Shown here: positions 35,957 to 49,859 of the stretch, piece after piece | Layout: the number at the start of each line of letters is the position of its first letter | How positions within the stretch are numbered: position 1 is the first letter of the stretch | Source of the DNA: Octopus sinensis | Taxonomy: Eukaryota | NCBI RefSeq assembly: GCF_006345805.1 | Contig: NC_043000.1 | Span: 3,906,001-3,970,000 of the forward strand | Direction of reading: 5' to 3' | DNA length: 64,000 bases | Position numbers and translations under genes: made by a program | Notes under the pieces: generated by a model | Databases searched by the model: none | Told to the model about the DNA's origin: nothing | The model's input: only the letters and a program-made list of their open reading frames with translations

Positions 35957-36720
35957 CTGAAGTTGATGGTATCAACTTACTCTTCACCTCAGACCTATTG
36001 GTCTTGCACCTAAACCAGAAATCATTATCGGTTTTTAATTTTGGCACAAGGCCAGCAATTTCAAAGGATGGAGTAAGTTGATTACTTTGACCTCAGTGCT
36101 CAACTGGTACTTATTTTATTGACTTTGAAAGGATGAAAGGTAAAGTCAACACTAGCGGCATTTGAACTCCAGATGTAAAAATGTATGAAATGCCACTGGG
36201 CATTTTACCTGGCATGTTTAACAATTCTGCCAGCTCTTTAAATCAGAAATCATCATCATTATTATTATTATTACTATTTATTTGAACTCTACACATCTCA
36301 CTGTGCCAATAATTGAACATGATATTGAGATCTTTGTTAAGAACCATTGCCATTGTCATCATTTGATTAGAACAAGATATTATATTTGTAGTTTAAATGT
36401 CAGAAGTCAGAAACATGACTTTTTGTTTGTAAAATAATTAAATGAAAAAAAGAAAATAAAAAAAAAAAGTTTCCATGGAACTGTTAATATGAATGGTCTG
36501 TTGTAGTATTGTTTGGTTGTCGTTGTTGACAACATAACCTCTTACATGGAATTAGGTTAGTCTTTGACTGAGCAGAAACTATCTCGTGAATAATGCTGCA
36601 ACCAAAGTGATAGATATCCAGTGGTTAGTTAGATTGTGTCATTGTAGTTGAATGGTGATCATACTTTTACGTGAATGTAAGTCTTCTGGAGAAAGGAGGC
36701 TGGAGGGTGATTAAGCTCTT

Positions 36721-37260
36721 ATGGAATATGTGAGCTCGACCTCTCCTCCTCCTCCTCATCATCATTATCATCATCTATGGAGTATGTGATCTGAAGCGCT
36801 CCTCCTCATCATCATCATCTATGGAGTATATCTCAAGCATTCATCCTCCTCATCTCCATGACTATGGAATATGTGATTTCAATCCCTCCTCCTCCTCCTC
36901 ATCATCATCATTACCATGGAATATGTGATCTCAAGCCCTCCTCCTTATCATCATCATCAATATCATCATCATCATCATCATCATCTATGGAGTATGTGAT
37001 CTCAAGCACTCATCCCCCTCCTCATCTTCATCATTATCATCATCTCCATGACTATGGAATATGTGATTTCAAGCCCTCATCCTCCTCATCATCATTACCA
37101 TGGAATGTGATCTCAAACCCTCCTCCTTCTTATCATCATCATCATTTATGGAGTATGTGATCTCAAGCATTCATCCTCCTCCTCATCTTCATCATTAAAA
37201 CCACCTCCATTACCATGGAGTATGTTATCTCAAGCCCTCCTCCTCCTTATCATCATCATC
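36721..37260. repeat. Compound minisatellite: ten ATGGA(A/G)TATGTGAT(C/T)TCAAGC motifs separated by variable (CCT)n(CAT)n
   Basis: Motif at 36721, 36777, 36821, 36864, 36917, 36987, 37054, 37100, 37148, 37215. Confidence 0.9.
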
Positions 37261-37819
37261 GTCAACATCATCATCAAAACCATGATGGCGACCACCACCA
37301 CCACCACCGCCACCATCATCATTTAATGTCTCCACAAGTGGCAGTAGCCCTGCTGCTGCCACCGCTGTTGCCGCTGCCGCTGCTGCTGCTGCTCTTCCAA
37401 TCATAGAATTGGTTTGCTTTGAATCCTCAACAATGCCTGTTTTTCATTATTCATTTATGAAAGAAGGATGTGACTGTCAAAAACACAATATTACCTATAA
37501 AAATCAATCAAACAAACAATATTTCAATCAATAATTTTTCTTCTTGCTGGTGGCAGTGGGATTTTTTTTCCTTTTTTATTTCTCCTTTTTTTTTTTTTTT
37601 TTTTTTTTCCGTTGGTCCTATTATATGAATCGAAAAATTTCAACTGTTATACGGACTGAGGATATATTTTTGTTTTTGTTCGTTCATTAGTTTGTTGGTG
37701 CATATTACAACCATTCGGCTGGAAGCTGTTTGTTATTGATTTAGCCATAAAATACAACTGCTTTGATTATGAAATGATATTTTGTATCTTCCTGCTATTC
37801 ATTATTGTCTTATATGTTA

Positions 37820-38224
37820 CTAGCAGCATCGCCCGGCGTTGCTCGGGTTTGTAAGGGAAATAACTATATAAGCATTTTCAGAGATGTAAAGTATAATAGC
37901 CATCTCAATATGGCTAACCACAAAGCGGGGGGGGGGGGGGTGTTACTGTAGCTTTTTACGTTCTGAGATTTAATAATACATTTTTAGAGAGTTACTTCCC
38001 TTATATAATAGCAAAACAATGCATTAAAAATGGGAAAAAATGATGGTAAATTTTTTTTTAAATCGTAGACTCATTGTAGACACACGCTAATACCCAGAAG
38101 GGCTCAATATGAATCACGACTATAAGATACCCGCTTTTGGTTACACTGCACCGCAAAATATGGGAGTAGTTAGGAATCTAAATTGTAGGAGACAGACACA
38201 CAACCTTACTTTTATATATAAAGA
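37820..38224 (-). mobile_element. Non-autonomous Helitron (same family, variant interior)
   Basis: Reverse complement has the same TC start and hairpin-CTAG end. Confidence 0.85.
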
Positions 38225-39480
38225 TGTGTGTGTGATACATGTGTTGGGTGTCTTTGATAAATGACGAAAACTTTATATGAATTAGTTGTTTCATTTTCAG
38301 TAAAAGGAAGCTGTCTCATCTAAGAGTGGGAGTCTGGACTTTCAGCCATTATATGTTGCTAACACATTGTCTGCCAAAGTTGGGTTTCTTTATTTTGCAA
38401 TTAATTTTGAATGTAATAAATATTTTGGAAATGAATTAATAAAGTATATATTTCTTTACTACCCACAAGGGGCTAAACATACAGGGGACAAACAAGGACA
38501 AACAAAGCGATTAAGTCGATTACATCGACCCCCCCCAGTGCGTAACTGGTACTTAATTTATCGACCCCGAAAGGATGAAAGGCAAAGTCGACCTCAGCGG
38601 AATTTGAACTCGGAACGTAACGACAGACGAAATACGGCTATGCATTTCGCCCGGCATTTAATAAAGTATATGGCACAGACGTGGATGTTTGGTAAGAAGC
38701 TTGCTTTCCAACCACATGGTTCCAAGTTCAGTTCTACTGCGTGGCACCTTGGGCAAGTGTCTTCTACTATAGCCTCAGGCCAACCAAAGCCTTGTGAGTA
38801 GATTTGGTAGATGGAAACTGGAAGAAGCCTGCTGTGTATATATATATATATATATATATACAGTAAATGATGATGATGGTGGTGGTGGTGGTTGCCATAC
38901 TACCTGATAACACAGTATAATATCTGGTGGTGGTGGGGGGGCTAGACTTTTGCAAAGACATTTTTCTAAGTTATATGATTTTAAGAATCAGTGTGAAATT
39001 TTTAAAATGTAATTTTTATATCAAAGGAAAGTGTGATGGATCTGCTTATTATTTAACAATCTTTGGAATTTTTAAAAAATGCGTTGTTTCCTGTTAAATT
39101 ATACAAAATATATAAATTTTCAAAGGGGGTGTAGACTTTTGCAAGGCACTGTATATAGTAAATCCAAACATGAACCAAGAGAAAGCAGAACAACGCGAGG
39201 ATGTGGAACAAGTATGGTGTTATTGGATGCTCAGGAAAGGAAAGGAAAGAAGGAGGATTTAACTGTCTTCTCACCAAGGCTTGACAACCGATGTTGGTGT
39301 GTTTACATCTGCGTAACTTAGCAGTTCAGCAAAATAGAACAATAGAATAAGTACTAGTCTTACAAAGAATAAGCCCTGGGGTCGATTTGTTTGACTAAAG
39401 GCAGTGCTCCAGCATGGCCACAGTCAAATGAATGAAACATTTAACAGAATAAAGAAAAAAAGTATATATACACACACACT

Positions 39481-39511
<31 letters not shown>

Positions 39512-39549
39512 GTGTGTGTATGTATGTATATATGTATGTGGATATATAT

Positions 39550-39598
<49 letters not shown>

Positions 39599-40264
39599 TA
39601 CGTGTGTATGTATAATGTATGTATGTGCATGTATATATATGTCATCATCATCATCATCGTTTAGCGTCCGCTTTCCATGCTAGCATGGGTTGGACGGTTC
39701 TACTGGGGTCTGTGAAGCCAGAAGGCTTCATCAGGCCCAGTCAAATCTGGCAGTGTTTCTACGGCTGGATGCCCTTCATGTGGGATATATATATATATAT
39801 ATTATATATATATATATATTATATATATATATATATAAAATTCGATATATCTTATGATATGATAGCTTTCACCGTTTGGTGTCTCATGAGATACTGAAAT
39901 TTTAATTTGAATATGACCACTTTGATATGGCTGGTCTAGTATGGTCTGGTATTAAAAGAATCTCTACAGTGTTCTCGTGATAAGTTAAATTCACTCTTAA
40001 CGAAGGAGACAGGACCACTGAATCTACATCCTTCCCTGTTCCGTAATCAGTGGCATTTGGCTCTCTTCCTAATGAGACTAGCACTGTATCAGCAAAGAGA
40101 GAAGTATTAGTCTTATATCTGTCCTCAGCTGTCAGATGAAAGGAATTTATTTCCACTATTTTCACAGACATTTACCTGCAGCCGGTTACATCACCAGATC
40201 TTAATCAGGCTTTGTCTACAAGTGGTGGGGTGTGTAAATTACAGTCACTAAAGCCAAACTGTAT

Positions 40265-40620
40265 ATTGTGGCATGGCACTTGAGTTCAGCAAAGCCACAT
40301 TTGTCGTCATCACCACCACCACCACCACCATCATCATCATTGTGGCATGATGTTGATTTAGGTGATACCATATTTATCATTGCTCCCAACATCATCATCA
40401 TCATTGTTCCCAACATCATCATCATCAGCATCATCATCATTGTCATAGCTGTTGCCTACGTCATCATCATCATTGTCATCACCATCGTTGTCGCCTACAT
40501 CATCATCGTCATCATTGTGGCATGACATTGAGTTGGGTGATACCACATTTATCATCATCATCATCATCATCGTAATTGTTGTCTACATCATCATCATCAT
40601 CCTCACCATCATCATCATCT
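40265..40620. repeat. Three diverged attgtggcatg...ccacattt motifs embedded in (CAT)n
   Basis: Motifs near 40265, 40339 and 40514. Confidence 0.7.
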
Positions 40621-41201
40621 TTACATTCGCTTTCCCTGCTGGCATGAACAGTTAGACAGGATCTAAAAGATTGGAAAATCAAATCTTGTTCTAGAGTTTC
40701 AGTCTCCACAGGGTTTCTATGGCCTGATGCCCTCCCTAAGATAAGTCAATTAACGGAGTGCAGTGGGTGTTGCTGTGTAATTAACCAGACTTAAAAGCTC
40801 CTTTGCTGACAGAGAGAATAGGAAACAGGGTTTTTGTTTTATGTGAGGTGTTGAGAGGGTAGTGTTTGGTAGGAGGGAGTAGGGACAGGTTTGTTGTGGA
40901 AGGGATTCATGGCTATTTCACATTTTACATTGGTGGGTGGGGATGTGTAGAGTGGTGCCATGAAGGGAAGTAACTATGGTGGTGACGAGGTTCCAGAACA
41001 CACCCTCAAGGTAACATGTCCAAGGAGGGAGATAGCAGAGAACATGGAGTTAAGAGATGGTGGGGGTAGGGTGGTCAGTGGTGGATAAGGTTGCAAGAAA
41101 GTGAAGGGAGACTGAGAGGTGATCTAAACTTGTGTTAGTCCAACATCTAACCAAACTGACTTTTCTTCCCTTCCAGAAGGCCTGTCTCCATCTGTTTTAC
41201 G

Positions 41202-41533
41202 CAGTGGCACAGCTAGGGTAAACCGCGCCTGGGTCAAGCTGCAAAAATGCACACCCACCCAAATACAAAATCCACAATATTATATAGTACTTATTTGTTC
41301 CAAGTAGTTAATGTTTTAAAATAATATATTAGGAATAAATACTTTACCAGGGTTTATTTACCTGCTGGTTTGGTACAGCCTGTAATTCAAAATATATTTT
41401 TTGAATGTTCACTTCTCTAAATTTTATAAATGGAGTTCAAGCTTATCGTGTTATGCTCAATTCTGCACCCTTATTTTAATCAGTGTCCAGGGCACGTGCC
41501 CCCCCCTTGCCTTCCCCTCTAGTTATGCTACTG
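41202..41533. mobile_element. hAT-type MITE
   Basis: CAGTGGCACAGCTAG ... CTAGTTATGCTACTG with perfect 8-bp TSD GTTTTACG. Confidence 0.8.
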
Positions 41534-43452
41534 GTTTTACGTATTACACCTGTGTAACACTCCAACTCCCAAATGTTCTTGTGACCATGCCTATGATTCA
41601 TCATCTTTGTTGTTATTTAATGTCTGCTTTTCCATGCTTGCATTGGTCAGATGAGAATCATTGAAGCAGATTTTCTATGGTGAGATGCCCCTCCTGTTGT
41701 CAATCCTTATCTATTTCCAAGTAAACATTTCTCCATAACTAGCTATGTTTTCGGGAAAGATTGGGAATGAACAGCATTGCATGTATGGCATCAATGCTTG
41801 TGTTACACTTGTCGCCATATATCTAGACAGAAACTCACATACATACCTATATATGACAGGCTTTTTTCAGTGTCCATCTACCAGATCCTCTCACAAAGGC
41901 TTTGGTTGATTTGGGGTTATGGTAGAGAACATTTACCAAAAGTGCTGCACAGTGAGACTGAACCCAAAACCATACAACCAATACCTGTGTGATTCCTATC
42001 TCACAAAAAGTTTCGCACATCAGCTTTGAAATCTTTTAACCACAAGAGCCATTTTCATACTGCTGGCAAAATTTTATTTGTAATATACCTACCATCTTCT
42101 CCATACCCAAAACACTCCCCAGATTATCCAATGGATTCCATTTAAACGCTCTTCTTTGACGGATATTTTTCCAGCTGCTTGTTTCGATAAACTACATAAA
42201 ACTGTGACAAGTGTCTGTGTATTGTTTTGCAATAATGGAAACAATGTATTCATTATTGGACGCTGACATAATGTATTTCACTTAGTTTGAATCTAATCTG
42301 ACGCATCTGATATTTCACTCATTGTTTCAACTTAACCGTTCATTTAGTATGACACATGGTTGAATTATTCTTGCAAATCTTGATATTTCCAACAACATCA
42401 GTGATTTAGTTGAGAGGTAAATACAAGTGAGAGATGTGTAGTGACGTGTTGCTGAAGAATAGAGTGCAATGCAAGTGTTGTTATTTGATCTTTTATGTGG
42501 TTAACATTTGTTTCCATAATAAAAGCTGTTTTATTATGTAACACTTGCATATTTATTTAATAGCTTGCTGATTAAATAATTTACTGAGCTGAATGTTAAA
42601 TTTGCTTTTATGGATTTGTACTTGCAGATGCTGTGGTACATTAGAAAATTAAGTGGAAGTAATAGTGTCGGGTGACATAATGCAAAGTGAAATCTGTTTA
42701 GAATCTCTGAGGTTTCTACGTTTACAGTGTATTTGATAACAAACAGATAATTCTGCGCTGGTTATTCATCAAACATACTCTGTAACTGGCTTCGACACTG
42801 ATTGGTTATGAGTTTAACTTGTTAAATATTCAACAATTTATGCTTTCAAGCAATAAATATCATTGCGTAAAACTCTCCAAGTGTGTGATTGACAAATTAA
42901 AAATTTACTGAAAACTACAGCAGAACTTCTATATTCCTCTCTTTATATCTTCGGTCCTGACAGAATCAGCAACTCTCAGAACATTATGTCTGTTGAATCA
43001 ACATGGAGAGTCACCATATGGTTGCTCAAACTGCTAGAAACAGCAACCAGATTTCTCTTAAATCATGCTCTATCTGTTAAAACATGATATAGTTTTAGAT
43101 ATACAATGACATATGACAGTTATGTTTTTGATCATAGGTTTGCTGGATGAAGTCTGATCAGGGAAAAACAACAGCATTAATTCTGTTTAAAGGACTGATT
43201 CAGTAGGTATTAATTTCTACTCTGATTGGAAATGCTGAATGTGAAGTATTAGTATTATATATAATTGGGAACACCTAGAGATCTGGCCAGCAGAGTGAAT
43301 AGTTAATAACTAGTGAAATGACCAACAAGTCAAATACTGACTGTCCTGTCTCAGGAAGAAGTGATTTACCTATAATCTGTTAGGAAGGGCAACAAACTAG
43401 AAAGACTGTGTGTGTTGAGCTTAATAGGAAATGATGTGTGAGTGTGTGTATG

Positions 43453-43556
<104 letters not shown>

Positions 43557-43933
43557 TGTGATAATATTTTACTATTGATGCTAGATAGAGTTAAAGATTT
43601 AACTTTTTAGATCTTTAGCATTCAGACTATTCTATCAAATATATTTTATTTAGTCACATTGTTTTCAATTAATCATATTATCTCATGGCTTTGGGATTTC
43701 CATGATGTGATTATGTAATTTTAGACATTGTCAGCTAGGTGTGACAGGCCAGATCTGATCAGTTTGAACATAAAACAGGTAGAAATATTTTGGTCTGATA
43801 TGGCTGGGATGATTGGGCAAGACTGTTTGGGTGCTGGCTGCTTGGCTTGACCGACTGGACAATGAACCAGTTTTGGTGACAGAACAGTTAGGCACTAGAG
43901 ACAAACACATACTCACAGGCACATACAGAAAAA

Positions 43934-44397
43934 TATAGTAATACCTCACTTTACAAGGCCCCACTTTACAAGACCCTGGGTTTACGAGTTTTGTTTTTCA
44001 AGCACAAGATCCAAATTTTGAACAATGTATAAAAGTTTCTACTACCACAACAGATGCTTGTGAATCAGTGATCGTATCTACGAGTGATGGTGTGCGTGAG
44101 TCTAGTGCAAGCGAGAGTGACTCAGAAAACAATTATAATAATAATAATAATATTTTTTATTGTAAGTGATCTTGACATTCTTTTATCCTTTATATAAAAT
44201 ATTCTTTACATTCTACTGTTGTTTTATTGCCATTTATTTATGAGTATCATAAATTTTATAGGTAAAGTATTTTTCTGGGAATGAATTATGATCTATAACA
44301 TTGCTTCCTTGGGAAATTATTGCTCTGCTTTATGAGATTTCGCTTTACGAGCGGTCTCTGGGAACAACTTAACTCATATATCGAGGCATTACCATAC
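43934..44397. mobile_element. Tigger/pogo-like MITE
   Basis: tagtaatacctc ... gaggcattacca degenerate TIRs with subterminal ttacga/ttacaa repeats. Confidence 0.5.
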
Positions 44398-47300
44398 ACA
44401 TATAGAAGTGAGAGAGAGAGAGAGAGAGAGAGAGAGGCATTACAATTTATAAATTGAACATGATTAACATAAACACATCCCATTTTCTCATACACATGAA
44501 GAGAAATATGTTAATAAACAGAGACACACAGACAAACATTAATCCTTTAGCATTCAGATTGCTTTGTCAAATCTTATGTTTATTTGTTCACAGTGTTTTA
44601 AATCAATCTTGTATTATCTCATAACTTTTGAGATTTCAATGATGTTATTGTTAATTTTTAGATTTTTTTGCAAACAACTTGCAGATGCAAGTGCTACCTG
44701 TTTAAAGCTCTGCATACCAGATGCTAGCAAGTTTATGGAGTTATCAGCAAAGAATGCATGACATTTCAGAGCCTGTCTCTCAATGGCATCATTGCGCACT
44801 GGCCACCCCGCCTCACTGAAATGAGACCTTGCTTGCTAGATCAACTGGTTATCAGATTTCACTCAATATTCTTCTAGCCATTGCTCATTGTCTCTTTCCC
44901 ACTGTAGTTTAGATATCACCCATGGTGGTATTTACTTTAGAGTGAGTTAGGCCTAACGATTACAACAGTGGCCTCACACTGTGTCCAACAAATCCTCTAC
45001 ATCCGACTTGGATTGGAAAATGCTCCACTTTCCAGCCTGCAGAAAAGGGTGTGAGAGGCTGGATCTGGATGGCTTGAACATAAAAACAGGTGGAATATTT
45101 TGGCCATATATAGCCAATTTGACTGCTAAAGGGTTAAAATTTACGATGTCAAATAAGTCAATGTTGAATCAATGATGCCAAATGGACAGCACCAAAATCA
45201 TCATCATCATCATCATCGTCGTCGTTTAACGTCCGCTTTCCATGCTAGCATGGGTTGGACGTATGACTGAGGGCTGGCAAACCAGATGGCTGCACCAGGC
45301 TTCAATCTTGATCTAGCAGAGTTTCTACAGTTGGATGCCCTTCCTAACGCCAACCACTCTGAGAGTGTAGTGGGTGCTTTTACGTGCCACTGGCACGGGG
45401 CTAGTCAGGTGGTACTGGCAACGACCCCACTCGAATCTTTTACACATGCCACTGGCACAGGTGCCAGTAAGGCGACACTGGTAACGATCATGCTCGAATG
45501 GTGCCTTGTAAGTGCCACTGCTACGGAGGCCAGATGGCTACTCTGGCAATGATCACGCTCAGATGGTGCTCTTAATACCCTACTAGCACGGGGCTCAAGT
45601 GCCAGTAAGGCGACACTGGTAACGATCACGCTCGAATGGTGCCTTTTAAGTGCCACTGGCACGGAGGCCAGATGGCTACTCTGGCAATGATCACGCTCAG
45701 ATGGTGCTCTTAATACCCTACTAGCACGGGGCTCGAGTGCCAGTAAGGCGACACTGGTAATGATCACGCTCGAATGGTGCCTTTTAAGTGCCACTGGCAC
45801 GGAAGCCAGTTAGCCACTCTGGCAATGATTACGCTCATAGTGCCAAACCATCTCACACTCTGTACAACTGTAACGCATGAGAAATTGTTATCAACTCCAC
45901 ATCACTGTTGTGTAACACCATTGTGTGACACTCTTGTGTTCCAAATAATATAATTTGATAATTGATATTTTTAGAGATGTTTGGCTAAATTTAACATTTA
46001 ATCTCTTGATAGCATTTCCTATTTGTCATTCTCTAACCATATCCACTGTTCAGCTTTAATAAAAGATTCACTTGTATTCTTGCCAAATAGATTTTCGTTT
46101 TGTTTCTTCCAGACTGTGAAATAATTTGATATACTTTTTGTTATTCTTGTTTATTCTTTAAAAAAAAGAGAACAAAAAATTGATTATTATATTTCATCTT
46201 CATATTACTTTGGAATGGAAGTGTTTTTTTTTATTAATAAATAATAAATTTATAGAATATATTAATGGCATTATTCCAATAGCTGCCGAGTAGAGTATTT
46301 ATAGATATGTTGTAGCTAGCTCTTTTAGTCAACTTTTAGGTACAACCAGTAGAATACATAAGCCAATGTTACTTGATTTGTATGAAGTAGCAAATCTCCC
46401 TCTTTCCACAACTTGCTATCATCAGAAAAAAGTAAAGAAAAAGTGAATTAGGAGAAGGGGCAAGTTGATTATATCAACCCCACTACTTGACTAGTATTAT
46501 GTTTTATTGAACTTAGAAGCATGAAAAGCAAAGCTGACCTTGGTGGGATTTGAACTCAGAATGTAAAGCACAGGAAGAAATGCTGCTAAGCATTATGTCC
46601 AGTGCACTAATAGATTCTGTCAGCTTGCTACAATAATAGAAATGATAACAAGAGCACTCAGAGAGTGCAAACCTCCGCCAAGGCAACACCAATGTCCTCT
46701 CAACGATTAGCCAGAGATGATTTTTAAAATGACAATATCTGAAATAAACTCAACTGCTCTCACAAACGAGAATACTAAAAATGAACCCGATTGCTCTTAA
46801 AAATTAAGTAAAAACGCCGGAAAAATAATCGGGAATCCTTGTCAAAAGACATGTTTCAGGAATTCAACAATTACCACTACCATCCACAGCGGGTCATTTA
46901 CGGGGTAGCTGACCATTCAACATAGTACTGTTATGGCACTCCCACATTCTCCTCCTCCTCCTCATCATCATCATCATCACCACCACCATCACCATCACCA
47001 CCCTCCTCTTCCTCCTCCTTCTTCTTCTCTACCAAGAATTGAACCCACAAGAGAGACAGAGACAGGCAGAAACAAAGAAAATGCCATTTATATTTGAACT
47101 CTATGCAAATATTCTTTTACAAAGGCTTTTCTTTTAATTTTTCCAAAATTTAGTTGTTTTCGATACTTACAGTTGAAAAAGTCTCAATGACTGAAACCGG
47201 TACTGAAATGTTTTTTATAAGATTATTTTAGCATTTTCTATCTTGACTTTTTTTTCCATATATATATCTACATATGTATAGTTCCTTAAGCAAATTGCAA

Positions 47301-48825
47301 GGAACCTCACTGGTGCTAATGCCATGTAAAAAGCACTCTGTAATTTTGGTTAGCATTAGAAATGGTATATAGTTATAGAAATCATGTGAAAGTTGAGACA
47401 TTGGAGCACAACATATGCCTCTGTCAGATCCTGTTGAAATGTCAGCCCACATTAACATGGAAAGGAGATGAAAATGATGATGATGATGATGATATATATA
47501 TGTATATATATATTTCTACTGTATAAATGCAAGTGAATGTAGTTACGTGTGTGTGTGTTTAGCCTTGAAAGGCTCTGAAACAGTGCGTCCTTAAGAAAAT
47601 CAAATTTGAATTTCAAAATCTGCGTCCCAAAGAGAATGTTGTCCATAAATAATAACAAAAATATGGAATTTGCTATGAAAAATTACACAACTTTTTGCTC
47701 AACAACTCTCCCACTCTCTATCTGTCACCATCAATCTATCTCTCTGTATATTTACACACTATTTGTCACTCTCTCTCTCTGTATATGTACTTTCTCTCAC
47801 AAATTGCTTTCCTTTTTAAAACTTTGTCTTCTAATGTTTAGTTTAATTTTATCACAGCGATCGTGTACGAATTCTGTTTTCTGGTTGGGTGAAAATGATC
47901 AAAATTTAAACCTCTGTAACATAAAAAAAAAAAAATTTCTGGAATAGGCATAGGAGTAGCTGTGTGGTAAGTAGCTTGCTTACCAACCACATGGTTCCGG
48001 GTTCAGTCCTACTGCGTGGCACCTTGGGCAAGTGTCTTCTACTATAGCCTCGGGCCGATCAAAGCCTTGTGAGTGGATTTGGTAGACAGAAACTGAAAGA
48101 AGCTCGTCATATATATATATGACTAAAGGCGGTGCTCCAGCATGGCCGCAGTCAAATGACTGAAACGAGTAAAAGAGTATATATCGCTTGACAACCGATG
48201 CTGATGTGTTTACGTCCCTATAACTTAGCAGTTCGGCAGAAGAGACTGATAGAATAAGTACTAGGCTTACAAAGAATAGGTCCTGGGGTCGATTTGCTCG
48301 ACTAAAGGCAGTGCTCCAGCATGGCCACAGTCAAATGACTGAAACAAGTAAAAGAGTAAAAGTGTGAATCACTATGGGATACTCAGCTAATATCTATATA
48401 AGTACACACACACATACTCATGTACACCATTTTAAGACTCCTAGATAGCAAAAGGCAATGCAGTTGATTGTTTCTTCACAGACTCCACATACTCTGCAAT
48501 TTTTCTTTATTTTTCATTTTTACTCTGCTTCCTGAAATGGTTTTGTTATTTTCTGATGAAGGAATTGGTCAAGTGCCATGACTGACAACCCTCTTGTCTT
48601 AGCTTTTAGCTCTACACTTTTCAGCCACATGAGTAGTTATCTCTGCTTTTCATTGCTATTCATTGTCTTTACACACTTCCACTTCATCTATTTTTTTTTT
48701 CTACTTGTTTCCCCCATTGGAATACAGCCATGCTGGGGCACTGCCTTGAAGGGTTTTAGTCAGATGAATCAACCCCAGCACTTATCTTTTTTGAACTTGA
48801 TAGGCACCAAGCTCAGTGGTTAGAG

Positions 48826-49027
48826 CAGTGCTTTTCAAACCTTTTGCTGGAGTGGAACCCCAAGGAAACATTCCACTGGCTCGAGGAACCCCTGTGCAAT
48901 AATCTAATAGTCTTATGCACACATTATCTGCACAGGAGAATTAAAAATTACTGCCGATTTTAGCAGTTTTGTAACTTCTTGCGGAACCCCTGGACTGTAC
49001 TGGCGGAACCCTGGTTGAAAACCACTG
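48826..49027. mobile_element. hAT-Charlie MITE inserted in the A box of a SINE
   Basis: CAGTGCTTTTCAA ... TTGAAAACCACTG, perfect 8-bp TSD GGTTAGAG. Confidence 0.88.
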
Positions 49028-49630
49028 GGTTAGAGCATCAAGCTCACAACCATGAGGTAGTGAGTTCTATTCTCAGACCGAGCTGTGCATTGTGTCCTTG
49101 AGCAAGACACTTTATTTCATGTTGCCCCTGTTCACTCAGCTGTAGAAATGAATTGCAGCATCATTGGTGTCAAGCGGTATTGGTCTTTGCCTGCCTTTCC
49201 CTTGGATAACATCAGTGGCGTGGAGAGGAGAGGCTGGCATGCATGAGTGATTCCTGGTCTTCTATAAACAACCTTGTCTGGACTTGTGCCCCAGTGGGTA
49301 AATTTCTAGGTTCATTCATGTCTGAAGATTGTCTTTACCTCTTACTTATTCTATTAGACTCTTATGCCCAACTACTAAGTTACAGAGATGTAAACAAACC
49401 AATACTGGTTTTTGAGTAACAGACAAACACTAAGGCAGATGCACACAAACACACACACATATACATATATACACAACAGGCTTCTTTCAGTTTTTTGTCT
49501 GCCAGAGTCATTCACAAGAGTTTGGTTTGCCTGGGGCTATAGCAGAAGACACTTGCCCAAGCGCTTTGCAGTGGGAATGAAACCCAGAACCATGAGGCTG
49601 CGAAGCAAACCTCTTACCACACAGCCAGGA

Positions 49631-49859
49631 TTAACCCTTTCGTTAGCGTATTTATTTTGAGATGCTCTGTGTTTCTTTCAATTACTTTAAATATAACAAA
49701 TAATTTAGTAAACCAACTTAATTATCACTAAGCTGGTGTTAGAAACGTAAATTGCGACTAAGGTTTGGTGGAAGATTTTAATTCAAAACTTATGAAAACA
49801 AGACATTTGTATTACAGAGCAAGAGCCGGTTTCAGCCGGATTGGTAACGAAAGGGTTAA
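49631..49859 (-). mobile_element. piggyBac-type MITE, family A (inverted copy)
   Basis: TTAA TSDs, CCCTTT/AAAGGG termini, reverse complement of 22-250. Confidence 0.85.

Noticed and set aside
36721-37406. CRISPR-like array or His/Pro-rich coding exon
   Set aside because: Spacers are trinucleotide microsatellite, reading frames shift between units, and I found no convincing splice sites.
39902-40171. 89-aa minus-strand ORF in non-repetitive sequence
   Set aside because: No family motif recognised and no supporting exon structure; cannot be supported without a database search.
46645-46845. Possible Helentron-type non-autonomous element (acaagagcactcagagagtgcaaacctccgccaaggc)
   Set aside because: Resembles a remembered terminus, but it is single-copy in the window and the other end cannot be defined.
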